Positions 51,366 through 64,000 of a DNA stretch of 64,000 bases are shown here, piece by piece; the stretch's first letter is position 1, and each line of letters starts with the position of its first letter. A program made the position numbers and the translations under genes. The notes beneath the pieces were generated by a model, which did no database searches, was not told the origin of the DNA, and saw only the letters and a list, made by a program, of their open reading frames with translations. The stretch comes from the human T2T-CHM13v2.0 reference genome, Homo sapiens, in assembly GCF_009914755.1 (NCBI RefSeq), contig NC_060947.1; one strand, written 5' to 3'.

Positions 51366-53332
51366 GTTTTTAAAAATATTTAAATAAATATTTTATTTTA
51401 GTTTAAAAATTTTAATAGTTTTGGGGGAACAGGTGGTATTTGGTTACCTGAATAAGTTCTTAAGTGGTAATTTCTGAGATTTTTGTGCACCTGTCCCAAG
51501 CAGTTGTGTAGACTTTGATCCCTCAATCCCCTCCCACTCTTCCCAGAAAGTCCCCAAATTTCATTATATCATTTTTATGTCTTTGAATCCTCATAGCTTT
51601 AGCCCCCATTTTTGAGTGAGAATGTATGATATTTGGGTTTCCATTTCTGAGTTACTTTACTTAGAATAATGGTCTTAAACTCAATACTGGTTGATGCAAA
51701 TGCCATAATTTTGTTCCTTTTTTTGGCTGAGTAGTATTATGTGGTGTATATATACCACATTTTCTTTATCCTCTCATTCATTGATGAGCATTTAGGCTTG
51801 TTCCTTATTTTTGCAGTTATGTCTTTTTCATATAATATATATTTTTTTCCTTGGGGTAGATACCCAGTGGTGGGGTTCCTGAATCAAATGATAGTTCTAC
51901 TTTTAGTTCTTTAAAGAATCTCTATACTGTTTTCCACAGTGGTTGTACTGGTTTACATTCCCACCAGCAGTGTAAAAGTGTTACCTTTTCAGCACATTTA
52001 CACCAACATCTATTATATATTTTTTGATTTTCTAATTATGGCCATTCCTACAAGAGTAAGGTGGTATCTCATTGTGGTCATAGTTTGCATTTTCCTGAAA
52101 ATTAGTGATGTTGAGCATCTTTTCACGTATTTGTTGACCATTCGTGTATCTACTTTTGAGAATTATCTATTCATGTCCTCTGCCCATTTTTTGATTCAGT
52201 TATTTGGTTTTTCTTCTTGCTGATTTGTTTGAGTTATCATAGATTCTAGATATTAGTCCTATGACAGATGCATAGTTTGCAAACATTTTTCCCATTCTGT
52301 GGGGTGTCTGTGTACTCTGCTGATTATTTCTCTTGCTGTGCAGGAGTTTTTAGCTTACTTAGGTCCCATCTATTTTGTTGTTGTTGTTGTTGTTTGTTTT
52401 TGTTACATTTGCTTTTGGGTTCTTGGTCATGAACTCTTTGCCTAAGCCAGTGTCTAAAAGAGTTTTTCCAACATTATCTTTGAGAATTTTTATGATTCCA
52501 GGTCTTAGATGTAAGCCTATGATTTATCTTGAGTTGATTTTTTTATAAGGTGAGAGATGAGGGTCCAGTTTTATTCTTTTACATGTAGCTTGCTAATTAT
52601 CTCAGCACGGTTTGTTGAATAGAATGTCCTTCTTCCACTTTATATTTGTGTTTCCTTTTTCAAAGATCAGTTGGCTGTAAGAATTTGGCTTTACTTCTGG
52701 GGTTCTCTATTCTCTTCCATTAGTCTACATGCCTATTTTTATACCACTACCATGCTGTTGTGGTAGCTACAGCCTTGTAGTATAGTTTGAAGTTGGGTAA
52801 TGTGATGCCTCCAAGTTTGGTCTTTCTGCTTAGTTTTGCATTTGCTATGTGGGCTCTTTTTTGGTTTTATATGAATTTTAAAATTGTGTTGTTGTTGTTG
52901 TTTACTTTTGTGAACAATGGTGATGGTATTTTGATGACAATTACATTGAATCTGTTGATTTTGGCAATATGGTCATTTTCACAATATTGATTCTACCCAT
53001 CTATGAGAATGAGATGTGTTTCTATTGTTTGTGTCATTGATGATTTTTTTCAGCAGTGTTTTGTAGTTTTCCTTGTAAAAATCTTTCACCTCCTTTGTTA
53101 GGTACATTTCTAAGTATTTTATTGTTTTTGCAGCTGTTCTAAGGTTATTGTTAGTATAAAGCAGTGCTACTGATTTGTGTACATCAATTTGGTATCCTGA
53201 AACTTTATAGAATTCATTTATCAGGTCTAGAAGCTTTTCAACTGACTCTTTAGTGTTTTCTAGGTATGCTATCATATCATCAGTGAAGAGTCACAGTTTG
53301 ACCTTCTCTATGCCAACTAACATAACTGTTCC

Positions 53333-53383
<51 letters not shown>

Positions 53384-53915
53384 TTCTTTCTTTCTTTTTC
53401 TTTCTTTCTTCTTTTTTCCTTCCTTCCTTCCCTCCTTCCTTCCTTTCTTCCTTCCTTCCTTTCTTTTTTTTGTCTGATCGCTCTGGCTAGGACATCAAGT
53501 ACTATGTTGAATAGAAAATGGGCATCCTTGTCTTGTTGCAGTTCTTAGGGGGAATGTTTTAAACTTTTCCGCATTCATTATAATGTTGGCTGTGGGTTTG
53601 TCATAGATGGCTTTTATTGCCTTGAAGTATATCCCTTCTAAGCCAATTTTGCTGAGGGTTTTAATCATAAAGAGATGCTGGATTTTTTCAAATGCTTTTT
53701 CTGCATCTATTGAGATAATCATATAATTTTTGTTTTTAATTCTTGTTTTATGTTATGTTTCACACTTATTGACTTGCATATGTTAAACTATACCTGCAGC
53801 CCTGGTATAAAACCCACCTAATCATGGTGTATTGTCTTTTTGATATACTACTGGATTTGGTTAACTAGTATTTTGTTGAGGATTTTCGTATCCATGTTTA
53901 CCAGGGATAGTGGTC
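51366..53915 (-). mobile_element. L1PB1-like 3' part (tail, 3'UTR, ORF2 as far as RT)
   Basis: L1PB 3'UTR ttttgggggaacaggtggtatttggttac...; ORF 53495-53722 [16 protein letters not shown]. Confidence 0.88.
53333..53471. repeat. (TTTC)n/(TTCC)n compound microsatellite inside L1
   Basis: Read directly from the sequence. Confidence 0.95.
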
Positions 53916-54475
53916 TGACATGCTGAATTGAAGAAGAAACCTCAAGTTCTCTCTGAACACCCCATCCCATCATCTCTCAACCCTCTGTCTCTCCCAAAGC
54001 ACAGTATCAAGTTAATCTCTGAAGTTCTCTTATCTGCCTAAAGTCCAGACCTGTCAAAGAATAAAACCATTACCTCTGGTCTTTCTGTTGAGTTTCATTC
54101 ACAGAACTCAAATCATGAGAGGAAAGACTGAAGCCTGTCAACACTCCTGGACAGACTTTTGTCACAAACCATTGTCCTGTGGGTCCAGCAGAATTTGTCT
54201 TGGGCCATTGTATGATCTTATATCCCATTGAATTACCCTAAGAATTACTTACTACCCCTCTAAAATTATCCTAAATTTCCTACTTTCCTTTCCCCTAAGA
54301 AGAAATGCATATAACCATCTGTAATCCATTATGTGGTGGGGTAATCATGTTGTGATTTTCTACCTATTCTCATTAATAAATTTGTATGTTTCTTCTCTTA
54401 TTATTCTGTTTTTTATCAGTTGATTTTCAGTGAGCCTTTATACAATGAAGGGGAATTTTTTTCTTAACTCCTACA
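53916..54475 (+). mobile_element. ERV1 LTR (MER34/MER39/LTR29 group), apparently missing its first few dozen bases
   Basis: acatgctgaattgaagaagaaacctcaag...; TATA-like catataa at ~54308; attaataaatttgtatg at ~54372; ends ctcctaCA. Confidence 0.7.
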
Positions 54476-54491
54476 ATATTATCTACCTATA

Positions 54492-54640
54492 ATGGCTAAT
54501 ACGGTAGCAACTTGACATATGTGGCTATTAAATACTTGAGATGTGGCTAGTACAATTGAGGGATTAAATTGTATTTAATATTAATTTAAGTTTAATAGTC
54601 ATATGTAGCTAGTGGCTATCAAATTGGGCAGTACATATCT
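54492..54640. mobile_element. MER3-like hAT-Charlie MITE fragment
   Basis: atatgtggctattaaatacttgagatgtggctagt...atatgtagctagtggctatcaaattgggcag. Confidence 0.75.
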
Positions 54641-54719
54641 AGAAACTATATCCTTAACCGCTAAGCTATACTCTTTTTATGGATAATTTTTTATGGGTCA
54701 AGTATTCAGCAAAATAGAC

Positions 54720-54910
54720 AACATGCATTATCTTTTTTGTTTCTTATGACAATACTGTCAAAGTAAGTACCATGATTATCACAATTTTATTTTTCAGAAA
54801 TAAATAAGGCTCAAAGAGGTTAACTAATCCAAGGTCACACAGAAAATAAGTGGAGAAGCCAGAATGAGAAACTTGATTACTCAAAAACATTTCCTCTTTG
54901 CCTTACTACA
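54720..54910 (-). mobile_element. MIR fragment
   Basis: aaataaggctcaaagaggttaactaatccaaggtcacacagaaaataagtggagaagccaga. Confidence 0.65.
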
Positions 54911-57307
54911 CTAACATAATAAGGCAATGTATAGTCCCTCTCCTGAAGGAGCTTACGCAGCAACCAATTAAACAAAAACACATTATATTTGTGGAAATAT
55001 TAAATCATAATGCAAATCAGCATGCAACCAAAAACTGAATTACATGACACAAACTAACTACTCTTGCAAAATAGTGCATAAATTGGGCTAGACTAAGTGA
55101 AGATTTGCTTGCTAAAGGATATGGCACTTGACCTCAATAGAATTTGGATAAAGAGTAGAGGAGACAGTATTCTAGGCCTGAGATAAATCATGAGCAAACA
55201 CAAAGAAGCAAACGTTTCCCTCCTCAGATTATTTTAGTAGATGTAAAACCTAACCTAACCTGGATTAAGTGAAATATTTATATTTAGGAAAATTAGGTGA
55301 TAAGTTGGACAGATTAGATGGAATATAATTCTGAAGGATGCTGAAAGTAATATTGAAAAGCACAAATTTTATCTACAAGGAACTTGAAATTAAGAGTGAA
55401 AGTGTTTGTTGTGAGTAACAGCTGGGAAATGAAAAAGGTCCACTAAAGGCTCATATTGAATTTGTAGAATTCACAGAGACTCTGCCTAATCATCTTCTCT
55501 ATAAAAATTAGTCCAGCATGACAATCAATCATTACAACCTATCCAATGAAGTTCTAAAAATAATCAAAGCTTCTCCATTTAACACAATATCTACATCACT
55601 GATGCCAAAACCAGTTTGATGATGAGGCTTACTTTATATGTTTGACACATTCTCTGTCCCAATTTGTAGTAAACACATGCCTGTTTTGCATGAGTAGATA
55701 TTGAAATTTGTATAATTAAATATTGCATATCAAAAATATCTTCAGAAAATTATGACCAATGTATCCAACCCAAAAAATTTAGTTGGAACGGAAATCTAAA
55801 AATGTTTGGAAGAAAACTATAATTGCTATTAGAAGACTTAAAAAAAGTGAAGCAAAAACATAGTTGTATGATTTCAGGAGAGTTATGTAGGTGGCCAAAT
55901 GATTACGACTTTAAATTATAGGTCACAGTCTAAGAAGTTAACTTTGTGCATAATCTGCAAAGTGAGAAGAGAAAGATATTTTGTCTAATCTTTTAAAAAA
56001 TGACATCATAAATAAATCAAAAAGAAAATCATTTTAGATTTTGAAACTCCTCAAAGTATAAATAAAAATAATTTAAAGGTAATAGCAATTCTTGATTTGG
56101 TTTAGCTCAAACCACACTTATTAGATTGGCTATGTTGGAAAATGTGGAACAGTTAAACAGCAATTTTTCTTACCTGAGTTTTGATTAAGGGATAGAAAAC
56201 TGAGCTGTATGATTGTCAGCAAAGCCAGTCACAGAAGTCTGTAGGAAGTGCATGACAAATTTGAGTCATTTAGTATTATGGAAGCAAAGGATAGAGGGAA
56301 AATATAAAGCGCCCAAAGGTAAATGGATGTATACTCACAGGCTATGCGTGCCATCCATAAATAATTACATTCGAGGGTACATAGTGGTAGATTTTAAAGG
56401 CCACTATAAAAGAAAGAGAAGTGCAGAATGTAATCAATCATGCAGAAAGAGCATACCCAGTTTATAATATATAAAACTGAGGAAAACTGTAATGATAATG
56501 AAATTTAGGGAAGCACAAAAAGTGATTTTTAAAAGACACAAAGGCAAGCAATGAAAACAAAATCACAAAATGATGAGATTAGTAGTAGAAAAATTTTCAG
56601 AGCCTGAACATCCCCATCAGGGAGTACAAGAAGAAGACTGACTCACAGCTTCTATTTATTGCAGAGTAAGTTAAGACTAGGGAAATTGAATTGCTTTCTT
56701 TCTCATTATTAAGAGTAGAATAAAAGAAGAAAGAAAGATAGAAAAATGAGAAAGGGAATATCCATGATCTTGCTTTACTCAAACAGAATGATGATATTTT
56801 GGAGAATATTATGCCGACAAAGACAAATGAGCTTAGTACAAAATTTACCAAAGGTGAGACTCCTTAGAAACATCAATTCTTTGTTATTTCTACTGAGGAA
56901 ATACACACTTCTACCACATTCTGTTTAGTCTTTGTCAATAGAGTCTCTTTTCCTCTATACAAATAGGACCCAAATGCTATGCTCCTCCAAGTAAAGTTTG
57001 GGCTTCAGGACTTCATAAACTTTTCATATTCATTTTAATGGAGCTTCCATAAGTAGAGCCACATTTTTTGTTTCCAGGGTATCACTATGAAATTCTCAGA
57101 TTTTGTAATTTGTCCATCGATTGCCCCACTGTAATTGTTGGAAATTTCAGTAAGCTGGTACCTCGATCCACAATATTCAAAGGCAGTAGTTTTGTCAAGA
57201 CACACCACCTATTGCTTATTTGCATTTTACTGCTTGCATTTTCTCCACCCGTTTGATGAATGTTATTATTTCATCCTTAAAATAAATTGTTACAAAAACT
57301 CAAATGA

Positions 57308-57634
<327 letters not shown>

Positions 57635-58082
57635 CAAATGATCATTTTTAGGTAACAATTACTCTGCCAGACTTCTTAGGTCTGAGGTAAGTTTTACTAC
57701 GTAGCTAAGTGAATATTTAACTGTGGCTCTCTGGCTATACATAACACATTGTGTGTCTTTATTTCTGGTGTTTCAGAAATGTTTTCATTTTCAGCCTAGA
57801 AAAGATCAAGCTGAATAACACCTTCATAGGAAACTCCCATGTCACTGATTTCGAGAAGAGTTCAGCAAAGTGACCTCCCACATTCTGTATTCAATTCTCC
57901 CCTACTGCACCCTCCTGCTGTCTCAAATTTTTTCAACTGCTTACATTCTATTAGGTCTTTGTTTTATTTTTAAGAAGTCTTCCTCAATTCTCTTCCTTCA
58001 CCACTCTCTTATATAAATGCACCAGAGATTTTTGTAGCCATCTTGTTTCCCTTCATTCCCTATGCCCTAAATTTGGCTTTAC

Positions 58083-58372
58083 CCACTCATTCAGTAGAAA
58101 TCTACTGAATCCTTTGTCAGTACCACATACTATATTTGTTGCCAGGCACAAAAAGGTGAAAAAGACAAACTACGATAATCATATGTTCCAATGAAGGTAG
58201 AACAATAAACAAGTAAGTATATTAAATATTTGAGTGCAAAATGCAATATAAGAAAACATAATGGATAATATAATATAGAGTAATGGAAGACACTTTAAGA
58301 GGATGGCCGAGAAAGGGTTCTCTGAGGGAGTGACACTTCAGTTATGACTTAGAGAAGAAAGAGCCAGCCACA
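58083..58372 (-). mobile_element. LINE-2 3' fragment
   Basis: cactcattcagtagaaatctactgaat...gaaagggttctctgagggagtgacacttcagtt. Confidence 0.55.
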
Positions 58373-58961
58373 TCAATTCTTCTTTGAAAATGTAGATACA
58401 TATGTGTTACACTCCATCATTCCAAACAAATCTAGATCCAAGAAATTATTATTTTAATATTGGACTACCTAATTTGCAGATCAGGCATAGACTGTCTACA
58501 TGTAAAAATATTGACATCAAATTTAATCCTAAGACCCTTGTCTTAGCAGCATTAACACTTAATACACCTCAAGTAATTTACTTTCTAGTCCTACTCCTGA
58601 CTCTTATTGGTCTGGAAATTTTCACAAGCTCTTAAATTTTCTTCATTTTAATTTTATTATTTAAAAGAAGAAGATTAACTTACATGTTTTCTTTGGATTT
58701 AATCAGTCAGAAATTTTACAATTGGAACATTTACTCATGAGCTGAGGGTAACTACTTGGAAAGAGCACCAGAGAATCAGTATAATATCATAATGAGAGGA
58801 GAAATAAAGAGGCAAGATCAAAGCTATTGCACTGTAACTATCTTATTCACCTGGGTAGCTAAAAGCAAGTCAAATTTTGGATAGTAATGCATGTTAATCC
58901 ATCTAATTTAGCTAGTTTGTCAAATGTTTTGAAATAATATTGTGTTAGGTTAGTGCATGTC

Positions 58962-60275
58962 TTCTTTTCTTATTGTTGTAGATACATATAGCAAAATAAT
59001 TATAATCTTATAATTCATAGATGTATAATTCATTGGCATTAAATATATTCACAATTTGCATAACTCTCACTAGTATCCATACTCAAAATATTTTATAATC
59101 ATCAATAAAACTGTATACCCATTAAACAATACTTCCCACATTCCTTTCCCCCAGCCTTGGTAACCTCTATACTACTTTCTGCTTCTATGAATTTGCCTAT
59201 TCTGTTACTCATAGAAGTGGAATCCTACTGTAGTCTTTTCTGTCTAACTTATTTTGTTTAGCACATTGTCTTAAATGTTCATAAAAGTTGTAGTATGCAT
59301 CATAATTTTACTTTTCTAATGCTGAATAACATGTCATTGTATGTATATACCACATTTGGTTTATCTATTTATCCGTCTATCCATCTAATGAATCTTTGGG
59401 GTGTTTCCAAATTTTGGCTATTGTGAATAATGCTGTTATAAACATTGTTGTACAAATGTTTGTTCAAGTCCAGTCCCTGTTTCAATTATTTTGGATATAT
59501 TGTAGTTATATGTATAACCTCTTGGAAAATTGTCAAATTGTTTTCCATAGTGACTTCACCATTTTTCATTGCCATCACTGAGGCTCAAATGTTCTCATTT
59601 CTTTACATTCTTACAAACTCTTATTTTCTGTTCTATTGATTATATCTACCCTGGTAGGTATTTCACCATGCTATCTCATTGCGATTTTGATTTGCACTTC
59701 CATGAAGACTAATTATATTAAGAATCTTTCCATCTACTTACTAGATAGATATATATATTTTTTGAAAAATGTTTATTGAAGTAATTTGCCCATTTTTAAT
59801 TGGATTATTTTATTGTTGTTGTGGTTGTTTAGTTGAAGGAGTTTGTTACACATTCTGGATAGTAATCCCTTATCAAATATATAATTTGAAAATATTTTCT
59901 CTAATGCTGCAACTTACCCTTACACTCTGTTGATTGGGTCCTTTGCTACACCAAAGTTTTAATTTTAATAAAGCCTAGTTTATTTATTTTTGTATTTCAG
60001 GTATTTTTTGTGTTATATCCAAAAAAATTGCTAAATACAATGTCATAAAGTTTTCCCTTTATGTTTTCTACTAAGAGTTTTAGCTATTAAGATTATGTCT
60101 TAGATTCACTTTGAATTAATTTTTGCATATGATATACAGTAAACATCCAACTTCATTACCTTGCATGTGGATATATTTTTCCAACAACATTTGCTGAAAT
60201 GACTTTTCTTTTCCTATTGAATGGTCCTGACACCTTTTTAAAAGTCAGCTGATCATATGTGTGAAGATTTATTCT
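58962..60275 (-). mobile_element. L1MB-like 3' end
   Basis: cccagccttggtaacctctatactactttctgcttctatgaatttgcctattc...; antisense ORF2 C-terminus. Confidence 0.8.
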
Positions 60276-62812
60276 TAAGATATCTATTCTTTTAATGAGT
60301 TCTTTGAGGGAATATGAAGACATCTAAAATAACCTTTATCTTCAAGGAACTTATTATTGCATTGGAGAATTAAAACATTTTTACATGTAAAAAATGAATA
60401 CAGGCATAGAAAATATAAGCCGTATTGAGCTAAAGGAGGGGAGTTTGACAATGATGATACACAGATGAAAAAGGCCAACATTTAAATGAGATTTTACGAA
60501 TAGACAGAAGAAAACAAGCCTGAGAAGGGGAGAGAATGTTGTTCAGGAAAAATGGAGAGTGATGACAAAAGCAAGACAATTTATAGCAGGTTTAGGAGCA
60601 TTATGGGAAATAAGACACTTAACTATGCAGTCAACGAAGTGTGTCTTATTTCAATCAAGGCATGTAAAAGGTTAAAATAAATTTATACTATTGGTCCCTG
60701 TAAGTGAATTATCTGTACTGCTCCAGTTTAAAGACTGCCTCATTTTTGTTTTCTTAGATACATCTTTAACAATAATTATTTGCATTAATTACCACACAAG
60801 ATGATTATATCCTTCTGGCTAGCTAATACCAAAGTTTTACAACTTTTCCTAACAGCCACTTTAGGGAGAAAGCCATTGCTGTAGCTTTGTACTTTGGATG
60901 GTTTATCTTTGGCAGAGTTGGTTTGTTAAAGTTGTGAGGGAGGACATGTAAGTAATTTCAGGTGTTGAAATATGTAAATCATATACACGGATAAAACAAA
61001 ACAAAATTTCTTAATGGCAAGTTTTTAAATATTATATTAATCAAAGGATATTTTTCTTCTCTTCAACCTGCAAATTTGAACAAAGACATTTTAAACTTTA
61101 TTTTTGATGTAGGTCTTGTTCTAGAAATCACCTCATAATGATTACTGTAATATCTAATCATGAAACTTCAATAGAAAGTTAAAATAGTCATGCTTACAAA
61201 CATATAAACAATGAACAGTTTTAAAAGTTTACATATTTTTGGTAAAATACATTATTAAACATTCTTTGTTAACACTCTGGTACTGTGATTTAGAGACAAT
61301 TGCCTTCTGCATTAGAGTGTAAACAGAAACTTAAAACATTAACTATTTAATAAATACAATTAAATCATTTTAAGCATTTTAACAAGAAAAAATATTCACG
61401 TGTTTAGCAGTGTCTGTTAGTTTCAGTCTTACCTAGGTCAGTGAAGCTTTAAGATTGATTTTAACCTTGTGAGAAATAATAACTTACGTTGTCTTTGCCT
61501 TAGAATACCAGTCAAGTGTCACTACCACCACTGCAAATGAACACACAGATGCCAGCAACCCCTCCACCCCTGCACTGCCACTACTGATTGTGCAAAAGCA
61601 TGCATGAAGGCCAACAACCCTGCCCCCATCAGCTTACTGCCCCAGCTGCCACTGGGGCAAGCGTAAGCCTGAAGACCAGCAACCCTGCCCCCACATGCAC
61701 CCCACCACAGATGTGAGCACACTTAGGAATGCTGAAGCACCACTTCTGCCAGTACCTCACCCTAGTCATTGCAAATGTACTCCCTCACGCTGGTATAGCT
61801 ATTGGCATATGCAAACAAGCACTGGCCTCACTACCACCACCCTGAAAAAGTGCTTTGGCTGGCACCAGCTATTGGAGTTCTGTGACCAGCAGACAGGAAA
61901 CACCTTGACTCAACTAGCAGAGCAGGTTCCTGACCTCAAGGGGCCAAAGAACAAAGCTGGCAACCCACTAACAGAGCCACAGAGTTACAGCATGCAAACC
62001 AAGAGTGCTGAGCTGGGACTTGATCCCTTAAAATCTTCCAGAGATGAAGTTAGTCAAATGATCCAAACTTAAACCACAATTAAATCACCAAGTGCATCAA
62101 AAAAGCTGAAAGAAAAAAAATTAGCAGGACAGCAACTTTAAAAACTGAAGTAACATCAGCTCACAAAGATAAGAAAGAACCAGCATAAGAACTCTGGCAA
62201 CTCAAATGCCAGAATGTCTTCCTTTACCTCCAAATGATTACACTAGTCCCCAAGCAATGGTTCTTAAGCAGGCTGAAATGGCTGAAATAACAGAAATGGA
62301 ATTCAAAACGTGAATAGAAATGAAGAAAATTAACATCCAGGAAAAAGTTGAAAACCAATCCAAGGAATTAAATAAATACAATCAAGAGATACAGAAGAGA
62401 CAAAATGCCCATTATAAACAAGAACAAAACTGATGTGATAGAGTTGAAAAGCTCACTTGAAAAATTTTATAATACAATCACAAGTATCAGCAGCAGAATC
62501 AACAAGCTAAAGAAAGAATTTCAGAGCTCAAAAACCAATTGTCCAAAATAGCTCAGTCATAAAAAAAAATTTTTAAAGAGGAATGAACAAAACCTCTGAA
62601 AAACGTGGGATTATGTAAAGAGACCAAATCTATTACTCATTTTTCATCAGAGAAGAGAAGCAGATAATGCAAACAATGCAGAAAGCATATTTGAGAATAT
62701 CTTTCACAAATTTTCACAACCTCACTAGAAAGACCAACATACAAATTGAGAAAATTCAGAGAACAAGTGTGAGATACTAGGCAAGATGAACAAACAAAAG
62801 AAGCATAGACAT

Positions 62813-63274
62813 CAGTACCATCCCATGAAGGCAGCCACATGAGCTGTACTCTCCAGAGCCATAGGGGTGGAGCTGCCCAAGGACACGGGAACCTACCCCT
62901 TGCATCAATCTGGCCTGGATGTAAGACATGGAGTCAAATAAGGTCATTTTGGGCTTTAAGATTTAACTACTGCATTGCAAGGTTTTGGACTTACATGGGG
63001 CCCGTGGTCCCTTTGTCTTGGCCAATTTCTCCTATTTGGAATGGGAACATCTTACCCAATGCCTGTATCCCCATTATATATTGGAAGCAATTAACTTGCT
63101 TTTGATTATACAGGCTCATAGGCAGAAGGGACTTGCCTTGTCTCAGATGAGACTTTGGACTAGGACTTTTGAGTTTATGCTGAAATGAGTTAAGACTTAG
63201 GGTACTGCTGGGATGAAGTGATTGGTTTTGAAATGTGTAAAGGACATGAAATTTGGGAGGGGCCAGGGGTGGAA
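62813..63274 (+). mobile_element. THE1/MST internal region, 3' part only
   Basis: ggagctgcccaagg...cttgccttgtctcagatgagactttggact...; PPT gggaggggccaggggtggaa. Confidence 0.85.
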
Positions 63275-63645
63275 TTATATAGTTTGGCTCTGTGTCCCCA
63301 CCCAAATCTCTTCTCACATTTTAATCCCCATGTGTCAAGGGAGGGAACTGGCATGAGGTGATTGGATCATGAGGGCAGTTTCCCCAATGATGTTCTCATG
63401 ATAGTGAGGGAATTCTCATGAGATCTGGTTGTTTGCTATGTGTCTGGGATTTCCCCTTCTCACTCTTCTCTCTTTCACCACCCTGTAAAAAAGATGCATG
63501 CTTCCCCTTTGCCTTTTACCATGACTGTAAGTTTCCTGAGGCCTCCCAAGCCATGTGGAGCTGTGAGTCAATTAAACCTCTTTTGTTTATAAATTGCCCA
63601 GTCTCAAGTAGTATCTTTAAAGCAGTGTAAAAGTGTACTAATACA
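63275..63645 (+). mobile_element. THE1D-like 3' LTR
   Basis: atagtttggctctgtgtccccacccaaatctc...ctgtgagtcaattaaacctc...actaatACA. Confidence 0.9.
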
Positions 63646-64000
63646 GAAAGATACAGAGAAGAGGCAGGTAATCTACCAAGATAACTCCATTAGACTATCA
63701 GTGGACCTTTCAGAAGAAACCCTACAAGCTATAAAAGACTGGGGGGTATATGTAGCATTCTTCTAGAAAAGAGATTCCCACAAATAATTGTCTATCCAAC
63801 CAAACTACTAAGCTTCATAAGCAAAGGATAAATAAGATCCTTTTCAGATAAGCAAATAAAAACTGGTTACCACCAGACCTTCCGTACAGAAGGTCATTAA
63901 GGGAGTGCTACATATGAAAAGGAAAGACTTACCAGCCACAGCCAAAACACAGTTAAATGCATAGGTCACTGACACACTAAAGTAACCACACAATGAAGTC

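Larger units (their letters stand above)
61519..64000 (+). mobile_element. LINE-1 (L1PB4/L1PREC2-like) distal 5'UTR and ORF1, split by THE1 and running off the window
   Basis: ORF1 start region aagaaagaaccagcataagaactctggcaactcaaa (~62171); ORF1 resumes at 63646 (gaaaccctacaagc). Confidence 0.8.

Noticed and set aside
53916-53928. atgctga matching the flank at ~47694 as a TSD around the whole L1PB block
   Set aside because: Only 7 bp, and the right copy appears to be native LTR sequence.
55430-56600. Possible ancient CR1/L3 or DNA-transposon coding remnant
   Set aside because: A-rich, coding-like texture, but I could not match any motif with confidence; needs an nhmmer search.

Overview
Primate (most likely human or great-ape) nuclear DNA: AT-rich, CpG-depleted and dominated by interspersed repeats. 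I find no host protein-coding gene, RNA gene, CpG island or CRISPR-like array. The longer ORFs in the track are decayed L1 ORF1/ORF2 or ERV pol fragments, or antisense and shifted frames over L1, Alu and LTR sequence. The window is a nested archive of transposons. (i) An old L1MB is split by a two-LTR MER31-like ERV (2270-~14212), which itself carries a near-full-length L1PA15/16 (with an L1PA8 3' end and a MADE1 inside it) and a MaLR LTR. (ii) A 5'-deleted, env-less class I (MER52-like) provirus keeps gag-NC/pro/pol and a 1.7-kb 3' LTR (15821-21675). (iii) An Alu is fused to an L1 3' end. (iv) A dense L1 cluster at 28-54 kb includes a clear twin-primed L1PA3, an apparently 5'-inverted ancient L1M2 and several junctions whose flanks do not match. 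(v) A 5'-deleted THE1 provirus sits inside an L1 ORF1. L1s lie on both strands in similar amounts, which suggests an intergenic, L1-dense region. I found no convincing novel biological system; the findings concern insertion mechanics and rearrangement history. Subfamily names come from my recall of consensus sequences and need RepeatMasker/Dfam confirmation.
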